NCBI RefSeq assembly: GCF_036321535.1
Contig: NC_087447.1
Coordinates: forward strand, 44,456,001-44,520,000
DNA length: 64,000 nucleotides
DNA from: Camelus dromedarius
Lineage: Eukaryota
Direction: 5' to 3'
Shown piece after piece: positions 13,020-26,639 of this stretch. The number at the start of each line of letters is the position of its first letter. Position 1 is the first letter of the stretch. Both the position numbers and the translations under genes were made by a program. The notes beneath the pieces are model-generated. The model was not told the origin of the DNA, did not search any database, and saw only the letters and a list, made by a program, of their open reading frames with translations.

Positions 13020-13690
13020 TACTACATATTACAATATATATATGTTTCCCCCTCCTGGAGATAGAACTCCCTCCCTGAGTATGGAACTTCGTAACTCACT
13101 TCTAAAGAACAGAATATGGAAAAAGAGAAAAAGTAGCTTTACAGTGGAAAGACCTGGCAGACACAACCGTAACCAAATAATCAAAGTTAACACCACCAGT
13201 GGGACTTCATGTTGATGACATGTACCCCCTGATACAATGTGATGAAAAGGGCACTTCACCTCACCTTTGTGGTGCTCCTTCTTCCCAGTCAACTCATAAG
13301 GAAAACGTCAGAGAAAACCAAACAGAGGGACATTCAACAACATGCCTGGCCAGTTTTCTTCAAAACTGTCAAGATCATGAAAAGACAAAGACAGAGAAGC
13401 TGTCACAGACCAGAGGAGACTAATGAAACATGAGAACTAAATGGTCTCCTGCATTGAATCCTAGAATAGAAAAAAGACATTACCAAAAAAGCTGGTGAAA
13501 TCTGAACAAAGTCTAGTGTAGTTAATAGTGATGTACCAACGTTAACCTTTTATTTTTGACAAATGTATCATAATTATTTAAGATGTTATTATCAGAGAAA
13601 ACTAGGTGACAGATACATGGAACTCTCAGTACTATCTTTGCAACTTTTCTATAAATCTAGAACTACTCCAAAATAAAATTTTAAATATTC
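13020..13690 (+). mobile_element. LINE-1 3' UTR fragment (L1MC/L1MD-like)
   Basis: Ends in GGAACTCTCAGTACTATCTTTGCAACTTTTCTATAAATCTAG...CCAAAATAAAA, typical of old L1M 3' ends. Confidence 0.75.
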
Positions 13691-13989
13691 AGGAGAGAAT
13701 TAAGCAAAATAAAAGGAGATACAGAAACTAGAGACACAGACAAAGTCTTGAGGTTCTGGTTCCATTTGCTAGTCATCTCCCAAGTTTGGTAACTGGGCTG
13801 GGAAATCTACTCTTCTTTCCTAAGCTAATTCAATTGGGTTTCATTCACATGCAGTTAAGTTTTCACTTTTACACACTGTTGCTACTCTTTTACCTCTACT
13901 CCCTCCTTATCTCACTGTGGCCTGGTTTCTCTCCCCTCTTCTCTCCCTCTCCCTCTCTTTCCTCTCTTCTTTATCCCCCTTCTTGACAA

Positions 13990-15420
13990 ATTTCATTTAT
14001 ACAATACAGTATTATTAACTACAGTCCCCAAGTTATACATTGGATCCGCAGACCTTATCCATCTTGTAACTGAAAGTTTGTACCCTTTTACCCGTATCTC
14101 TCCATTTCCCACATCTCCCATCTCCAGGCAATCACCGTTGTACTCTCTGTTTCTATGAGTTTGACTTTTTTTTTTTTTTTTTGTAGATTCCATATATAAG
14201 TGATACTGTGCAGTATACGTCTTTCTCTGTGTGGCTTATTTCATTTAACATAATGCCCTCCAGGTTCATCCATGCTGTCACAAATAACAGAATATCCTTT
14301 GCTTTTAAAGCTGAATAATATCCCATGTGTGTGTGTATCTCACATTTTCTTTGTTCATTTGTCCATCAAGTGATATTTAGGTTGTTTCCACGTGTTGGCT
14401 TTTGTGAATATGCTGCAGTAAACATGAGGGGCAGATAGCTCTTCAAGATAGTGACTTCATTTCCTTTGGACATCCCAGAAGTAGGACTGCTGGATCATAT
14501 GACAGTTCTATTTTTAATGTCTTAAAGAACCTCCATACTGTTTTCTATAGCAGCCTTACCAGTTTACATCGCCACCAGCAGTGTACAAAGATTCCCTGTT
14601 TCTCCGCATCCTTAACAGCATTTGTTATGGCTTGTTTTTTGATAACAGCCATCCTAACAGATGTAAGGTGATATCTCATTGTGGTTTTGATTTCAATTTC
14701 CCTGACAATCAGTGATGTTGAGCACCTTTTCATGTACCTGCTGACCATTTGTATATCTTCTTTGGGAAAATGTCTATTAAGGTCATTTGCCCATTTTTAA
14801 GTTGAGTTATTTGGTTTTTTGCTCTTGAGTTGTATGAGTATTCCTTGTATATTTTGGATATCAACTCTTTAGCAGATACATGCTTTGCAAATATTTTCTC
14901 CCCTTCCATAGGTTGCCTTTTTGTTGATAGTTTCCTTTAATGTGCAGAAGATTCTCAATTTGGTGTGGTCCCACTTGCTTACTTTTGCTTTTATTCCCTT
15001 TGCTTTTAGTGTCAAATCCAAAAAGTCATCATTAAGACCGATGCCAAGGAGTGAGCCCCCCATGTTGAAGTTCTTCTAGGAGTTTTATGGTTCGTCTTAG
15101 TGTTCAAATCTTTAACCCACTCTGAGTTGATTTTTGGTTATGTTGTCAGATAAGGATCCAGTTTAATTCTTTTGTCCATAGATATCCAGTTTTCCCAGCA
15201 GCATTTATTAAAGACACTATCTTTTCCTCATTGTGTATTCTTGGAACCTTTATTGAAAATTAATTGATCATACACATAGTTTTATTTCGGAGTTCCCTAT
15301 TCTGTTCCATTGATCTTTGTGTCTGGTTTTTATGCCAATACCATACTGTTTTGATTGCTGCAGCTTTGTAGTATTGTTTGAAACCAGGACGTGTGATGCC
15401 TCCAGCTTTGTTCTTCTTCC
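13990..15420 (-). mobile_element. LINE-1 3' portion, antisense
   Basis: Minus-strand ORFs give L1 ORF2 C-terminal peptides ([50 protein letters not shown]). Confidence 0.9.
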
Positions 15421-15469
15421 CCTCCTCTCTTTGAATCATTATGATCATTAGCCGTATCTTAATTTCAAA

Positions 15470-16870
15470 ATCTAATGGAGACCTATCAGACTTCATCTTA
15501 CTGAAGTATTTTTACTCTGTTGACAACTCTAATTCTAGTAGCTGTTTTCTTCCTCAACTTCTATGATAACCCACTGGACACTATTCTCTTGTTCAGTTCT
15601 TACCTTGTTGGTTGCTTCTACCCAATTTCATGGCTTTTCTTTTGTTACCTACCCTTAAAGGCTGCCCAGACTCTCTTCTCCCTACATGTTCTCTGTAGGT
15701 AACCACATCTGTTCTCATGGTTCCACTTAACCACTGTAGACTGATAGACTGATGTCTCCAAAATATCTATCCTCAGCTCAACTGAGTTCCAAATTTTATA
15801 CTCAACCATCTATTAGACATCTTCATTTGGATATCTCACATACATCTTACTAGGTTCCAGTCTTTTTTTTTCCAATGATTGTTTAGAACTCAGTTGTAGA
15901 TTTGTCATAGTCATGAGGAGAGGCAAGCTCGTGGTCCTACCACTCCACCATCTTGACTGGAAATCCCTGGATATCTCACGTACATCTTAAAGTCATCATG
16001 TCCAAAACCAAATTCATGGTCATATTTCTCTTCTCTCAAACCTGTTCATATTTTTTACCCCTCAACATCATGAGTAACATCATTAATGTATGACCCAGGA
16101 AGATGGAAGACATTTTACAATCCTCCTGTTACCATTCTTCACTTTCCAGTTAGCCACAAAGTACTGGAGTTTTATCTCTGTAACTTCTCTCATATCTTAC
16201 TTCTCTTTTCTACACTAACTTAGTTTAGACCCTTGTTATAAGCTGAACAATTGAAACTGACTCTTGTCTGTTCTCCTTTGAACCTCAGTATTGCCCCCAA
16301 AATGATGCTGATGTCACATAACCTGATCATTTTATTTCCCTTATTAAACCTTACAAAGTTTCTTCAGAACCTGGGCTCTTTGCATAATATATAATATCCT
16401 CCATGATTTGGCCCCATTTACCTTTCTTATTTTCTCCTTTCACACTAGTCCATATGCCCTATGCTCTAGCCAAGTCAATGTACTCAGGAATCACCACCAC
16501 TTACCATGTACACACCAACCTCCATGGCCAAAGGCTATTTTCCTTCATGCTCTTGTGACTCTGAATGTGGTGCTGTTTACTCTGACTGAAAGTTCTTTCT
16601 CCAACTTTTCCCTCTGCTATGCTTCTACTCACCCTTCAAGATCCAGTCCCACAGTCATCTTTGTGACACCATTTGCTGACGTCCCAACCGTGGGTTGGGT
16701 TAGGAATCCTCTCTATGCACACAATCCCATGTTTTCCTCTATCACTGTCATACAACCCAGAGCCAATGTATAGATCTGTCTTCAAAGAGCTTACTGTGAG
16801 CTCCTTAGTCATATCTTAACCATGTGTCAAGTAGAAAATTGGCACATAGCGGGCACTTATTTGTGTCTCC
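15470..16870 (+). mobile_element. LINE-2 remnant (approximate bounds)
   Basis: L2-like motifs (ATGTCCAAAACCAAATTCA; ACTGTGAGCTCCTT...GGCACATAG). Confidence 0.6.
15850..15967 (-). mobile_element. 118-bp insert resembling an L1 5' terminus, flanked by a 22-bp TSD
   Basis: Minus strand begins GGGATTTCCAGTCAAGATGGTGGAG. Flanks TGGATATCTCAC(A/G)TACATCTTA at 15828-15849 and 15968-15989. Confidence 0.7.
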
Positions 16871-18299
16871 AATAAATACAAGGAAGTAAGAAAATTTAGG
16901 TTTTCCAATTTGAAAAACTCTCTGGTCCCCTAAAACACCTGTCCCCTCTCCCTGCTATAGGTCTCTCTCCTTCCCTATAGTCAAGCCTCTGTAAAGAACA
17001 GGCTCTACCCCATGTGTTCAGTTCCTCACACCTTACTCAGCTCCTTCACTGAGTGCTGACTAGTTTCCACCCCTACCACTCCACCTACCTGTTGTCTCCC
17101 AGGTCACCAGTGGTCTCCCTCTGGCCAAATCCAATGGACACTTTTCAGTCCTTGTCTCCTTGGCCTCCTCTGTGTCATTCAACCCTGATGAACATTCCCA
17201 GCTTCATGACTTCTTTTGTGGCCTTTCCCTTGGCTTCAGTGGTGCCACTTCCTCCCTTTCTTCTCCCTCAGTTGCCACTCCTTCTCACTCTCCTTTGAAG
17301 GCTGCACCTCCTCTTCTCAACCTTTAAGTGTTGGAGCTTCTCAGGGTTTGCCCTAGCCCCCCTTCTCTTCCCAATGTGTATGCTAAGAAATCTTACACAC
17401 TCCCTTAGCTTACACTTCCATCTGTCATACAAGCCAACCCAAATCTCCCAAAGAGAAAACCCAAAAAGCTTTTTGACCAACCTGAAAATGTATACCTTCA
17501 GGGATGAGGATGAAACAACCAAAACTCTACTTTTATCAGTTAATAGACTTTATTATACATATATTTAAATTCATATATAAAAATATTTATAAATATTACA
17601 TTGATTTATAAACACTGCCATTCTCCTAATTTAGTAAACAATTTAACGAATATTTTTAATAAGCATCCTCCAAAGCAGTGTCTTTCTCATTATAAGGGTC
17701 ACTTTTTCAGCCATGGTACTCATTTCCTAGAACAGATGACCATCTCTTCAGTCTAAATGAAGAATTTGGGGGAGGACACAGCATAATTTGAATCCGCATA
17801 TGATGTAGTCATTGGAAACTTTATCCCAAGTCACAAGTCCCATTTGCATCACACTAGGGCAGCTGGTTTTTGGCATGCATCCTACAAGAATATATCCATG
17901 ACCTCTTAAAATCACTTAATGTTTTGCCCTTTAAAAATAAATTTTAATTGTTATTTTAGTAGTGAAGTATAATATTCACACAGAAGATTGCCCAAGTCCT
18001 AAGTATTTGGCTCAATGAATTGTCACAAAATGAAACACCCATATAACATCATTCAAGTCAAGAAATAGAACATTTCCAGCAGCCTGGAAACCCCTCCCAA
18101 GTACTTCTGTATTACTTTTTAAAGCAGTCTTTATAAAGCAGATTTAGAAACATCCAACACATGCAGTTGTGAGGCCATATTACCAGAAATAGTTATCAAA
18201 GCTGTGTTAAATTTCTTCGACTATGGATTCTGTGGCAAGTGTATAAAGACATCCAAAATAGCATTGTTGAGGATATTTTGGGTCTTGCCCAAAGAGTAA

Positions 18300-18520
18300 A
18301 AATAGCATTTATGGAGCGTTTACTATGTGCCAGGTACAAAGTACTTTACATATGTTAAATAATTTAAACTTAGCCCCACTTTATAGATGAGAAAACTGAG
18401 GCAGAGACAGGTTAAGTAACTTTCCAAAAGCCACACAGCTTGTAAAAGGCAAGGTCTGGACCCCAAGCTAGGCAGTCTGGCTCCAGAGTCCAGAAGCTTA
18501 GTCACCATACCATACTGTCC
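18300..18520 (-). mobile_element. MIR SINE
   Basis: Antisense MIR core CTTTATAGATGAGAAAACTGAGGCAGAGACAGGTTAAGTAACTT...GGCAGTCTGGCTCCAGAGTCC. Confidence 0.85.
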
Positions 18521-20089
18521 CATCCAGTGGTTTGTTGTTCAAAATAAAGTAAATGAGAGCAAACCCTGTAATATGAGAGACTTTGTAAGGACTCAAATAT
18601 AAGGTTACTCCCTCTTTCCTGAGGGATTATTTTGGAAAAACAAAACAGCAAAAACCTCACCCTATATTCAAGCTTATACGGTATTTGCAGATGACTCCCA
18701 AATATTTATGTCCATCCCAGACCGCTCTTCTAAGCTGCAGCCCTACCTACCCAACAGGCACTTCAAAGTCGGCAGCCCAAATCAAAAGTCATCATCTTTC
18801 TAAATCAGCCCCTTGCAAGCTCCTCCCGCTCCTTTTGTCCAACACAGTAAATGTCACCACCATTCACCCAGCTGCCCAAACCAGAAACCTGGATGTTACC
18901 AAGGACTCCAGCCTCTTCTCTCCGTTTCAAAACCTCACTCCCTTCTGCTTTAACTGAAACTGTGTCCTCCCTCCGAAGTTCTGATATCTTTGTATCATTT
19001 GCACATGTCTCAAGTCCACAATAACTTAGGGCTCACGACCTATACTCAATCATAAGAAAGGATAGAAAGGGAGGGGTCAAAAAAGCTCTTCTAGCACTCT
19101 GTGCCTCTCTCTGATTTCACTTCTTCCCATTCTCTCTCTCAGTTGGCCCCTCCAGCCCCTTCCTACCTCCCTGCCCAGTTTCCATCTCATTTCCCTTTTC
19201 TGGGGAGTATATCCTGAGTGAGACCACCATCCCCAAACCTCTCCGTTCCAATACCCTCCATCTGGAGTCTCAACTTTGGTTTGAAAGGGGAAGTGAGGAA
19301 AGACGAACTCCGCGAGGAAGAAGGGAAAAGGAATAAAGAGCATGGGGTAAACAGAAGTGACTAGGAGGAGGGAATGGAGAGATTAAGATGGAAGAAGAGG
19401 ATGAGGAAAGAGGGATGAGAGAAGGGAACCGGGACTAAGGTGGGAGGCAAAGGGATGTGGGGAGGAAACGGGGAGAAAGGGACGGGAGAAGGGGTTGGGG
19501 AGAGAGAGATGAAGAGAAGAGGTGGGGAAACAGGGAGAAGGGCAGGCAAAGGACATGGGGAGAATTTGGTGTCGAGAAGAGACTGAGAGAGGATCGGGGA
19601 GAAGGGATGGAGACAAGGGGGTGGAGAGGAAAGGACGGGGAGATGGGGGAGGAGAAGAGGGTAGGGAGAAGGGAGAGGGGAATGGAGAGAAGAGGGTTGG
19701 GAGGGAGGGGGAATAGGACAGTGAAGGAGAAGAGGGGACGCTCGGGGAGGTGGGGGGGGGAGAAGATGGAAGAGCAGGACTAGGAGGAGGGGAGAGGATG
19801 CAGAGAACGGGATGGGAGGAGGGGACGGGGCGCCTGGACCGGGAGAAGGGAAGAGAACGGGGACGAGGGGACGGCGCGGCGCTGGGGCCGGATCCGGCCC
19901 AGGACTGGGTCCGGGAAGTCGAGGGGCGGAGGGAGGACGGGCGGGCACCGGGGGGGCCGCGGCGCGGAGCACGGGTAGGGGCGGAGGCGGGGGCTCGCGG
20001 GCGGAGGGGCGGGGGCTCGGGTTACCGCGCGGAGGGCGGGGGAGGGGAGGGGAGGGGGCGCGGGGCCGCGGTGGCGAATCTCGCTTGCT

Positions 20090-20337
20090 CCGCGGGGCGG
20101 CTGTGGAGGAGGCGGCGCCCCGGCGGCGGCGGCGGCGGCGGCGGCGGACGGACCGACCGACGGGCGGGGGCGCGCGGACCGACGGCCGGCCGCCCGCTTG
20201 GAGCTGCTCGAGGGCCGGGAGACAGCGGCGGAGGACGATGCGCGGCCCCAGGCCCCGCGCGGGCGGGCGCTGCCCGGGGGGCTGACCGCGCCGGACGGCG
20301 CCCCAGGACCGGGCGAGGGAGCCCGCGCCGCGCGGAG
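20090..20337 (+). other. DCHS1: DCHS1 non-coding exon 1 (5' UTR); start approximate
   Basis: Best donor in the island is GAG|GTCAGT at 20337/20338. It pairs with the acceptor TTTTATTCCAG|G at 33718/33719. The TSS is not directly visible. Confidence 0.7.
20121..20147 (+). repeat. (CGG)9 trinucleotide repeat in the DCHS1 5' leader
   Basis: Nine uninterrupted CGG units counted. A second shorter GGC run lies at ~20,400-20,419. Confidence 0.95.
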
Positions 20338-23299
20338 GTCAGTGCCCGCGGCCGCCCGGCCCGTCCGGCCGCGCCCGCCCGGCCCGCCGGCCTCTCCCGG
20401 GCGGCGGCGGCGGCGGCGGAGCCGGGGGCTTTGTTCTGAGCCGGAGACAATGGGGGAGGGGGGCCCTGGGCCTGCGGGACGAGGGCGAGCGTGAACGTGA
20501 GCGTGGGGGCAGGGCCTGGGGGTCTTTGTGTGCGTGTGTCATCGAGTCGGGTGTGTGGCGGTGTGAGAGTGCCGGGGGTGTGGGCAGGGTGTGTGTGTGC
20601 TTCTCCGAGTGTGAGTGTGAGTGCGAGCGCATCGGCTGAGTGTGAGTCAGTGCGTGTCTCTGGGAAGTTGTGTGTCCTTGTGTAAGTGTCTGGCCGTGTG
20701 TGTACGTGCGTGTCACTCCGAGGGTGTATGGGTCAGAAGGAGTGTATGTCATGGTGAGCCAGTCCCTGTGAGGGAGTGTGTGTGTATGTATGTGTGTGTG
20801 TATGTGTGTGTTGCCCGCGTCTATGGGAGCCATGTGTCAGAATGTGGAGGATGGGTGTGTGACAGATACAAACTGAGAGAGACAAAGAAACTGAAGGGGG
20901 AGAAGTAAAGAGAAACAGAAGAGAGACAGGCGAAGCCCAAACTGGAGATCTGTCACCCAGACTGGTGTTCTGAGATTGTGTCCAGGATGCCTAGATCAGC
21001 ATCCTGTGCAGGGGATGGAGGGAGGTCACCAGGCCTGGTCCCACGTGGAGGGGGTGGGGAAAGGGAGGTCTAAAAGCACAATGAACTCAGTGTGGCGTGG
21101 GCTGGGCCCACAGCCACAGGGTCATAGGCCAGAAAAATATTGTTGCTTATGTCAACTTCTCAAATACCCACAGGGGACACAGTCATAGCCCTACTCAACT
21201 CACTGGGGACACAGTCCCAGGCAGCACACATCCACAAGAGATGCCTTAACAGCCATTACACACCCCCAGGAAGCCCTGTCAGAGCCAACACATATTTACA
21301 GAAGGTGCTCTCAAAACAGCACACACCCACAGCGGAAATGGTGCAGCCAACTCATTCCCACAGGATCACTATCAAGGCTGACACATACCATGGGAAACAC
21401 CGTTACTGCCAGCACCTTTCCGGAGACACTGCCCCAGCAGTACACATTCACTAGTTATACTGTCATGGCCAACCCATTCACCAGAGCTGCCTGTACATAG
21501 CAGGTGTCTCAGAGATCTGACACTAACAGGAGGCTATGTTGCAGTCACCCTTACCAACACCCGGTTGTACGACCCATAGGTGTCGTGCACGCACCACAGA
21601 ATGAGCTGCTGAATAAACTCCCATTAACTTATGATGCTCACACCGTGGCTTCTTCTCACCCACAGATCTCCCAGGCTTACCCTCTGGTTCCCTGAGAACC
21701 TGGGGACCTGGATCAGTCTTCTCCTCACCCTGTATCCTGCCATGGTTCTAAGTGTCCCTCCACATATAGCCTCACAGTTTCCTGAGCTCTTTAACTCCTG
21801 TTACCTACTTCTTCCCTCCCAGGACCACTCTGTAGGACTGGTCATCTCTAAAATTCTAAACTCCTGCATTTCACTCTGCCTACAGCCTCCTATGCCCCAC
21901 CAGGCCCCAGCTCCTATTCCACTGACTCTTCCACCTCATAATGACCCCTTGCCCTTGAGCTCTTTACTTTCTCCTAATCTGCCCCCTTTCTGGCTTTATG
22001 CTCTCCTTCCAGGTTATACGCCCAGGACCATCACTTCAGTCACTCCTTGGCCACTCTTTGTTCTGTTGTCCGTGAGACCACCGGCCCACAAAGTCTCAAC
22101 CCTAGCTGGAATGATTCCTCAACCACACCAAGTGATGCTTCTATAAATTCATGCTTCTATAAATTACACCCTCAACTGGGCCCTCCATAAATAAATAAAT
22201 AGATGAAATGTTTTCTAGTTTTCACATCCCTTAACCTTTGCACATCCTTCATTGTTTTCAGCCCATTAATTAGCCCATTGGTTCATTCATTCAGCAAACA
22301 CCTGTTAAGCACCTGTCTATCTGTGCCAGGCAAGTGGTAGGTACTGGCATCACAAGGGAGAACAAAATGGGTGTGGTCCTTGCCCTTATGGAGCTTACAG
22401 GCTGTGGGGTGAGTGCTGTCACATGGCAGCACTTAGCAGGGAGACCTAACACTCATAGAGAGGCCAGGAGAGGCCTTTAGAGGGAAGTGGCATTTAAACT
22501 GGAGCTTGACAGATAAAGTGGGAGTCTGCCAAGCAAAGGAGAGGTGGAGGTGAGATGGAGTGGGTGGAGAATATTCCAGCAAGGGAGCAGCAGTGGGGAA
22601 CCCACATGCAAGAAAGCATTGTATGTCTGAGGGGAAAAGCAATCCAGTGAGCCTGGGTCTAGTAGCAGCACGGGAAGGGAGGCCACAGTCTGGGGAGATA
22701 ATGGTGGTTAGTTAGGTCGTGCAGTTCTTGTAGGTCATGTGAGAAACCCAGGAATAACGGAAAGTCACCGAATCACCTGAAGCTGTCTTATGATATGAGG
22801 AAGTACCCCACTGACAGCAGTGTGGAGACTGGAGGGAGGGGTCTGAAAAAAAGGGGATCCTGGGCTGTTGCAGGAACCCAGGAGTGGGTAACACTGGTTG
22901 AAACTGGAGGAGAGGCGTCAGAGAGGGAGGAAGTAGATGGTTCCAGAAATTCTTTAGGCAGTGGGTCAGAATGACAGTCTGACAGAATGGACGTGGAGGT
23001 TGAAGGAGAGGGAGGAAATATGGGTAGGCAGCCTAGTCTGTTCATTCACTCAGAAAATCGAGGCCGTCCGGTTTGAATTTCCCCAAATCCCATCCCCTCC
23101 TTCCTCCATGGGGACCTCACTCGCTCTAAGTCCTATCCATATGTCTCCCTCTATACCCATCCCTCCCTTGAGCACATGAAGAGCCTCCAGTCTCTCCGCT
23201 CTTAACCCTGTAATACCTGACTAGCTAAGTGGCTCTCTCATTTTGCTTCACTGCTGCATTTTGTGAAAGGGTCTCCTGCACAGAGCTGTTCCCACTGCC

Positions 23300-24755
23300 T
23301 CACCTCCCGTTTCCTCCTGCCCCCTCCAGTGTAACTGCTCTCCCTAACGGAAAGTGACCTCTTACCTGCCAAACTTAGGGGCTCTTTTCAGAAGTCCTTA
23401 GCTGCTTGACCTCTTGGCAGGGTCTGACATTGTTGACTGTTTTTTTCTCTTTGAATCATTCTTGTCTTAGGGCTTCTGAGCCATCATTTTATTATGCTGT
23501 CAGCATATAATGAGTTCTGTCATGTGCCAACCACACTGCTAGGTTATGGGAATACTGTGATAGGAGACACTGTTCCTGCCCTCAGGGAGGGAGACAGGCA
23601 AATAAACAGGTGATTACAGTAGGGGGTCTGTGCATCTCAGAGCTCCTCCTGGCTGTTCCTTCTCAGTCAGCTTTGAGGGCTCCTTTGGGTGGCTCCTAAA
23701 TGTTACTGTTTGTTAGGGTTCTGGCTTGGACCTTCTTATTGTGTCACTGTATACACCCCTCTGAGTGATCTGTCTCATTCATTTCCATGGCTTTAATTGT
23801 CATCTATAAAGCTTGATGACTCCCAAATATCTCTCTTCCAAACCTCTCTTCTGACCCCCAGACCTGCATATTTACTTCCTACCTGATCTGATATAGCTCA
23901 TAAGCCTCTTAACATGTCCAGACCTGAACTCATCATTCCTTCCTCCTCCAAACCATGATCCCTACTCAGTTATCAAGCTTCAAACCTAAAAATTAACTAT
24001 AGCTGCTCCTTTCCCCTCATGTCCTTAACCCAGAAAATCATTGGGGTTACCTCCATTGTTGGATCTACCTCCTTTCCAGCTGTCTGTGGTAGTCCATTCC
24101 CTTTTCTCATGGCCTCAGCTACTGCCTGCATCTCACCGTCTTTTCTCATGAGTTGCTGCAAGAGCCTCCTAACTTGTCTCCCTGGACGTCTACTCTTTTG
24201 CCTTCCAATCCAGTCTTCTCATTGCAGCAAGAAGGATCTCCCTAAAGTGCAAATGTAGCCATGTCATTCCCTGCTCAGCATTCTTTGCTATCCTTCCACT
24301 GTCTTGGGCGAGATCTCTGCTTTAAGGAGGCTCAGGAGATCTGTCATGATCTGACTTCCCCCCACGCTCCCCAGCCTCATCACCTGTCCCATTCCTGTAG
24401 CTCCCTCACATTGCAATTTCCAGCCATATTGAATTCCTTATAGTTACCCAGAGACACTGCATTCTTCCACGCTTCTGGCCCTTTGCACATACTGCTTTCT
24501 GCCTGAAAAGCCCTTTATTCCATTCTTCTCCTGGCTAACCCGTTCCCATCCTTAGATCAAGTTTCAAACCCTGCCTCTCTGACCACGAGGCAACCTTGGG
24601 ATCCTCTTGTCTCACTGTTGTCATTGCCTCTTCCCTTTCTGTCTCTCTGCCTGAGCTGGGACCCCCTTAATGGCAGGGCTGCGTATTATTCATCTTCATG
24701 TCCCCTGGGCCCCTCTGCAGACGCTTGGCGAGGAACAGATGAATGAATGAATGAG
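23300..24755 (+). mobile_element. LINE-2 remnants in DCHS1 intron 1
   Basis: L2-like body ending in a GAATGAATGAATGA tail (~24,741-24,754). Confidence 0.6.
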
Positions 24756-26639
24756 GCACCTCACAGCGCCTCCCTTACCCTCATTCACTCTTCAGAAGAC
24801 TGATACGTGGTGTCAGCTGCACATACAATTGAGGCATTTCCACCCCTGCCCACTTACCCCACTGGAGACATTTCCACTCCCCTCTCACAAGTTATCCTTC
24901 CTCACCCAACGCTCTCTCCTCTTCTCTCCCTCTCACCTGGGCTTCTCTTTTCCTGAATCCTCTTCCTTTCCCTTCTCTGTACTTTATTTCTCTTTCATTC
25001 CGTTAACAAATATTTAATGAGCACCAGAAATTTGCAGATCCACATCTACTGGGCCATGTGCCTATTTGGGCTCTTGGAGGAAGTGGAAGACGAGGAAGCT
25101 GTGACATGCCATCAGGCCACAGGACTACGGTCCTTGCCACCTGCTCTACTCCACCAGGCCCCCTTCTCTGGAGGTGCCATAGGCTGCTCCTTCCGCTAAC
25201 ACCCCCTCACGTACACCACTCTGCCCACCAGCTCCTGGCGCCCAGGCCCCTTGCCATGTCAGGGTCCCATTCACTTGTGCCCTCTTCCTCTGCCTTCTGC
25301 CTATCGGTGGTAACAGAAGCAGGACTGGACTCTCTGCTGCCTGCAAGCAGAAGCCCCTCCCAGGGGTTCATACTGTTGGATCCCATCTTTTTCCTGGTTT
25401 CCTGCTGCCTGCCCCTTCCTTCAGCTCCAGGCTCCGTGTTTCCGGGTAACCCTCTGACTGCCAGGCACTTTCAGCCTCTGTCACCTAGGAGGAGCTTCTC
25501 AGTTCCTGTGTTCCCCGGTGAGAACGCTCCACCTGGAACCCCCAGGCCTGAGTCAGGGTCCTCTGTGTTCACTTAGCACACTACCGTGCCCTGTCACTCG
25601 TGTTTCTCTTTCTACGCTACTCAGTGGGAGGAGAGGTTTCCTCTCAGAGCCTAGAACACCCATATGCCTGGTGAGGAAGGAGGAAAGGGAGGAAAGGAAG
25701 GGGGAGCTACACCCCAGACCCTCCAGCCACGCCGTTGACCACCTGGGAGACCTTAGCGTCTCTGAGATTCCCTTTCCTCAGGTGAAAGTGCAGGTAACAG
25801 TGGAGAGTTGTTTTGAGGATTTTGAAAGAAAACAACTATTAAGCGCTCAACTCTTAACTTGACTTCCAAGATCTCAGCCCCTCTACTACTCTCTCCTCCT
25901 CAACTTCCCATTTCCCCAGACTCATTCTTCCCTCTGCATCTCCAGCTTCTCTGCTAGCTGCAGCCTGACTGGCCTTCTCTGCAGCCCGGACTCCACTTGT
26001 CAAAGTCAGTTCCTAAGATCAAGCCTTGCTGCTCGTCCCACCACCCCTCGCTCCCTCTCCCTGCGCTGCCCATCCCTGCCCAGGCCTCCCTACCTGTGAA
26101 CACCATGAAGGCAGGGACTCGATCTGTCCAGGTCACTGCTGTGTCTCCACTGCCTAGTGTGGTGTTTGGCACGTGGTAGGTCTTCAATAGATACTTATTG
26201 AGTAAATCTATTAATGAATCATTTTATACACACCATGGGCCCATCTCTCCTCCTTCTTTCTTTGTCTCCTGGAGACCTTCAAGCATCCTCTGGTCACTTT
26301 CCCTCTCTCAGCACATGACCCTGGGCTTACCCTACCCTATATGTGGACTGGTAACTGCCTCATCACCGATCATCTCCTCCTCTAACCCACCTTGTGCACA
26401 CTGCTGGAGTTACTCTCCTGCTTAGAGCTCTGCTCAGTCTCCTTCCCCAATCTCTTGCCTGGCCGCTTATGTGACCCCTTATCAGGCCACTCCAAGCCCT
26501 CCAGCAGAGACGCAATAGTTTGGAACAGAAGGCACTAGCTTTGGAGTCCATTAGAGCTGTGTTCCAGATGTCTCTCTGCTACTCACTCTGAGCCTCAGTC
26601 TCCTCATCTGTACCCCAGAGTTACTGTGAATGTCTGGCA

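Larger units (their letters stand above)
19850..20520 (+). promoter_or_regulatory. DCHS1: DCHS1 CpG-island promoter
   Basis: Very high GC and CpG density, multiple GGGCGG boxes, no TATA box. Lies 13 kb upstream of the first coding exon. Confidence 0.85.

Noticed and set aside
19361..20450. Several long ORFs on both strands over the DCHS1 promoter
   Set aside because: Low-complexity products of purine-rich and GC-rich sequence lacking stop codons.
20450..20494. Strong-Kozak ATG (ACAATGG) encoding MGEGGPGPAGRGRA*
   Set aside because: Lies downstream of the best exon 1 donor (20338), so probably intronic. No strong later donor was seen.
22135..22165. Tandem duplication ATGCTTCTATAAATT x2
   Set aside because: Ordinary slippage duplication with no sign of function.
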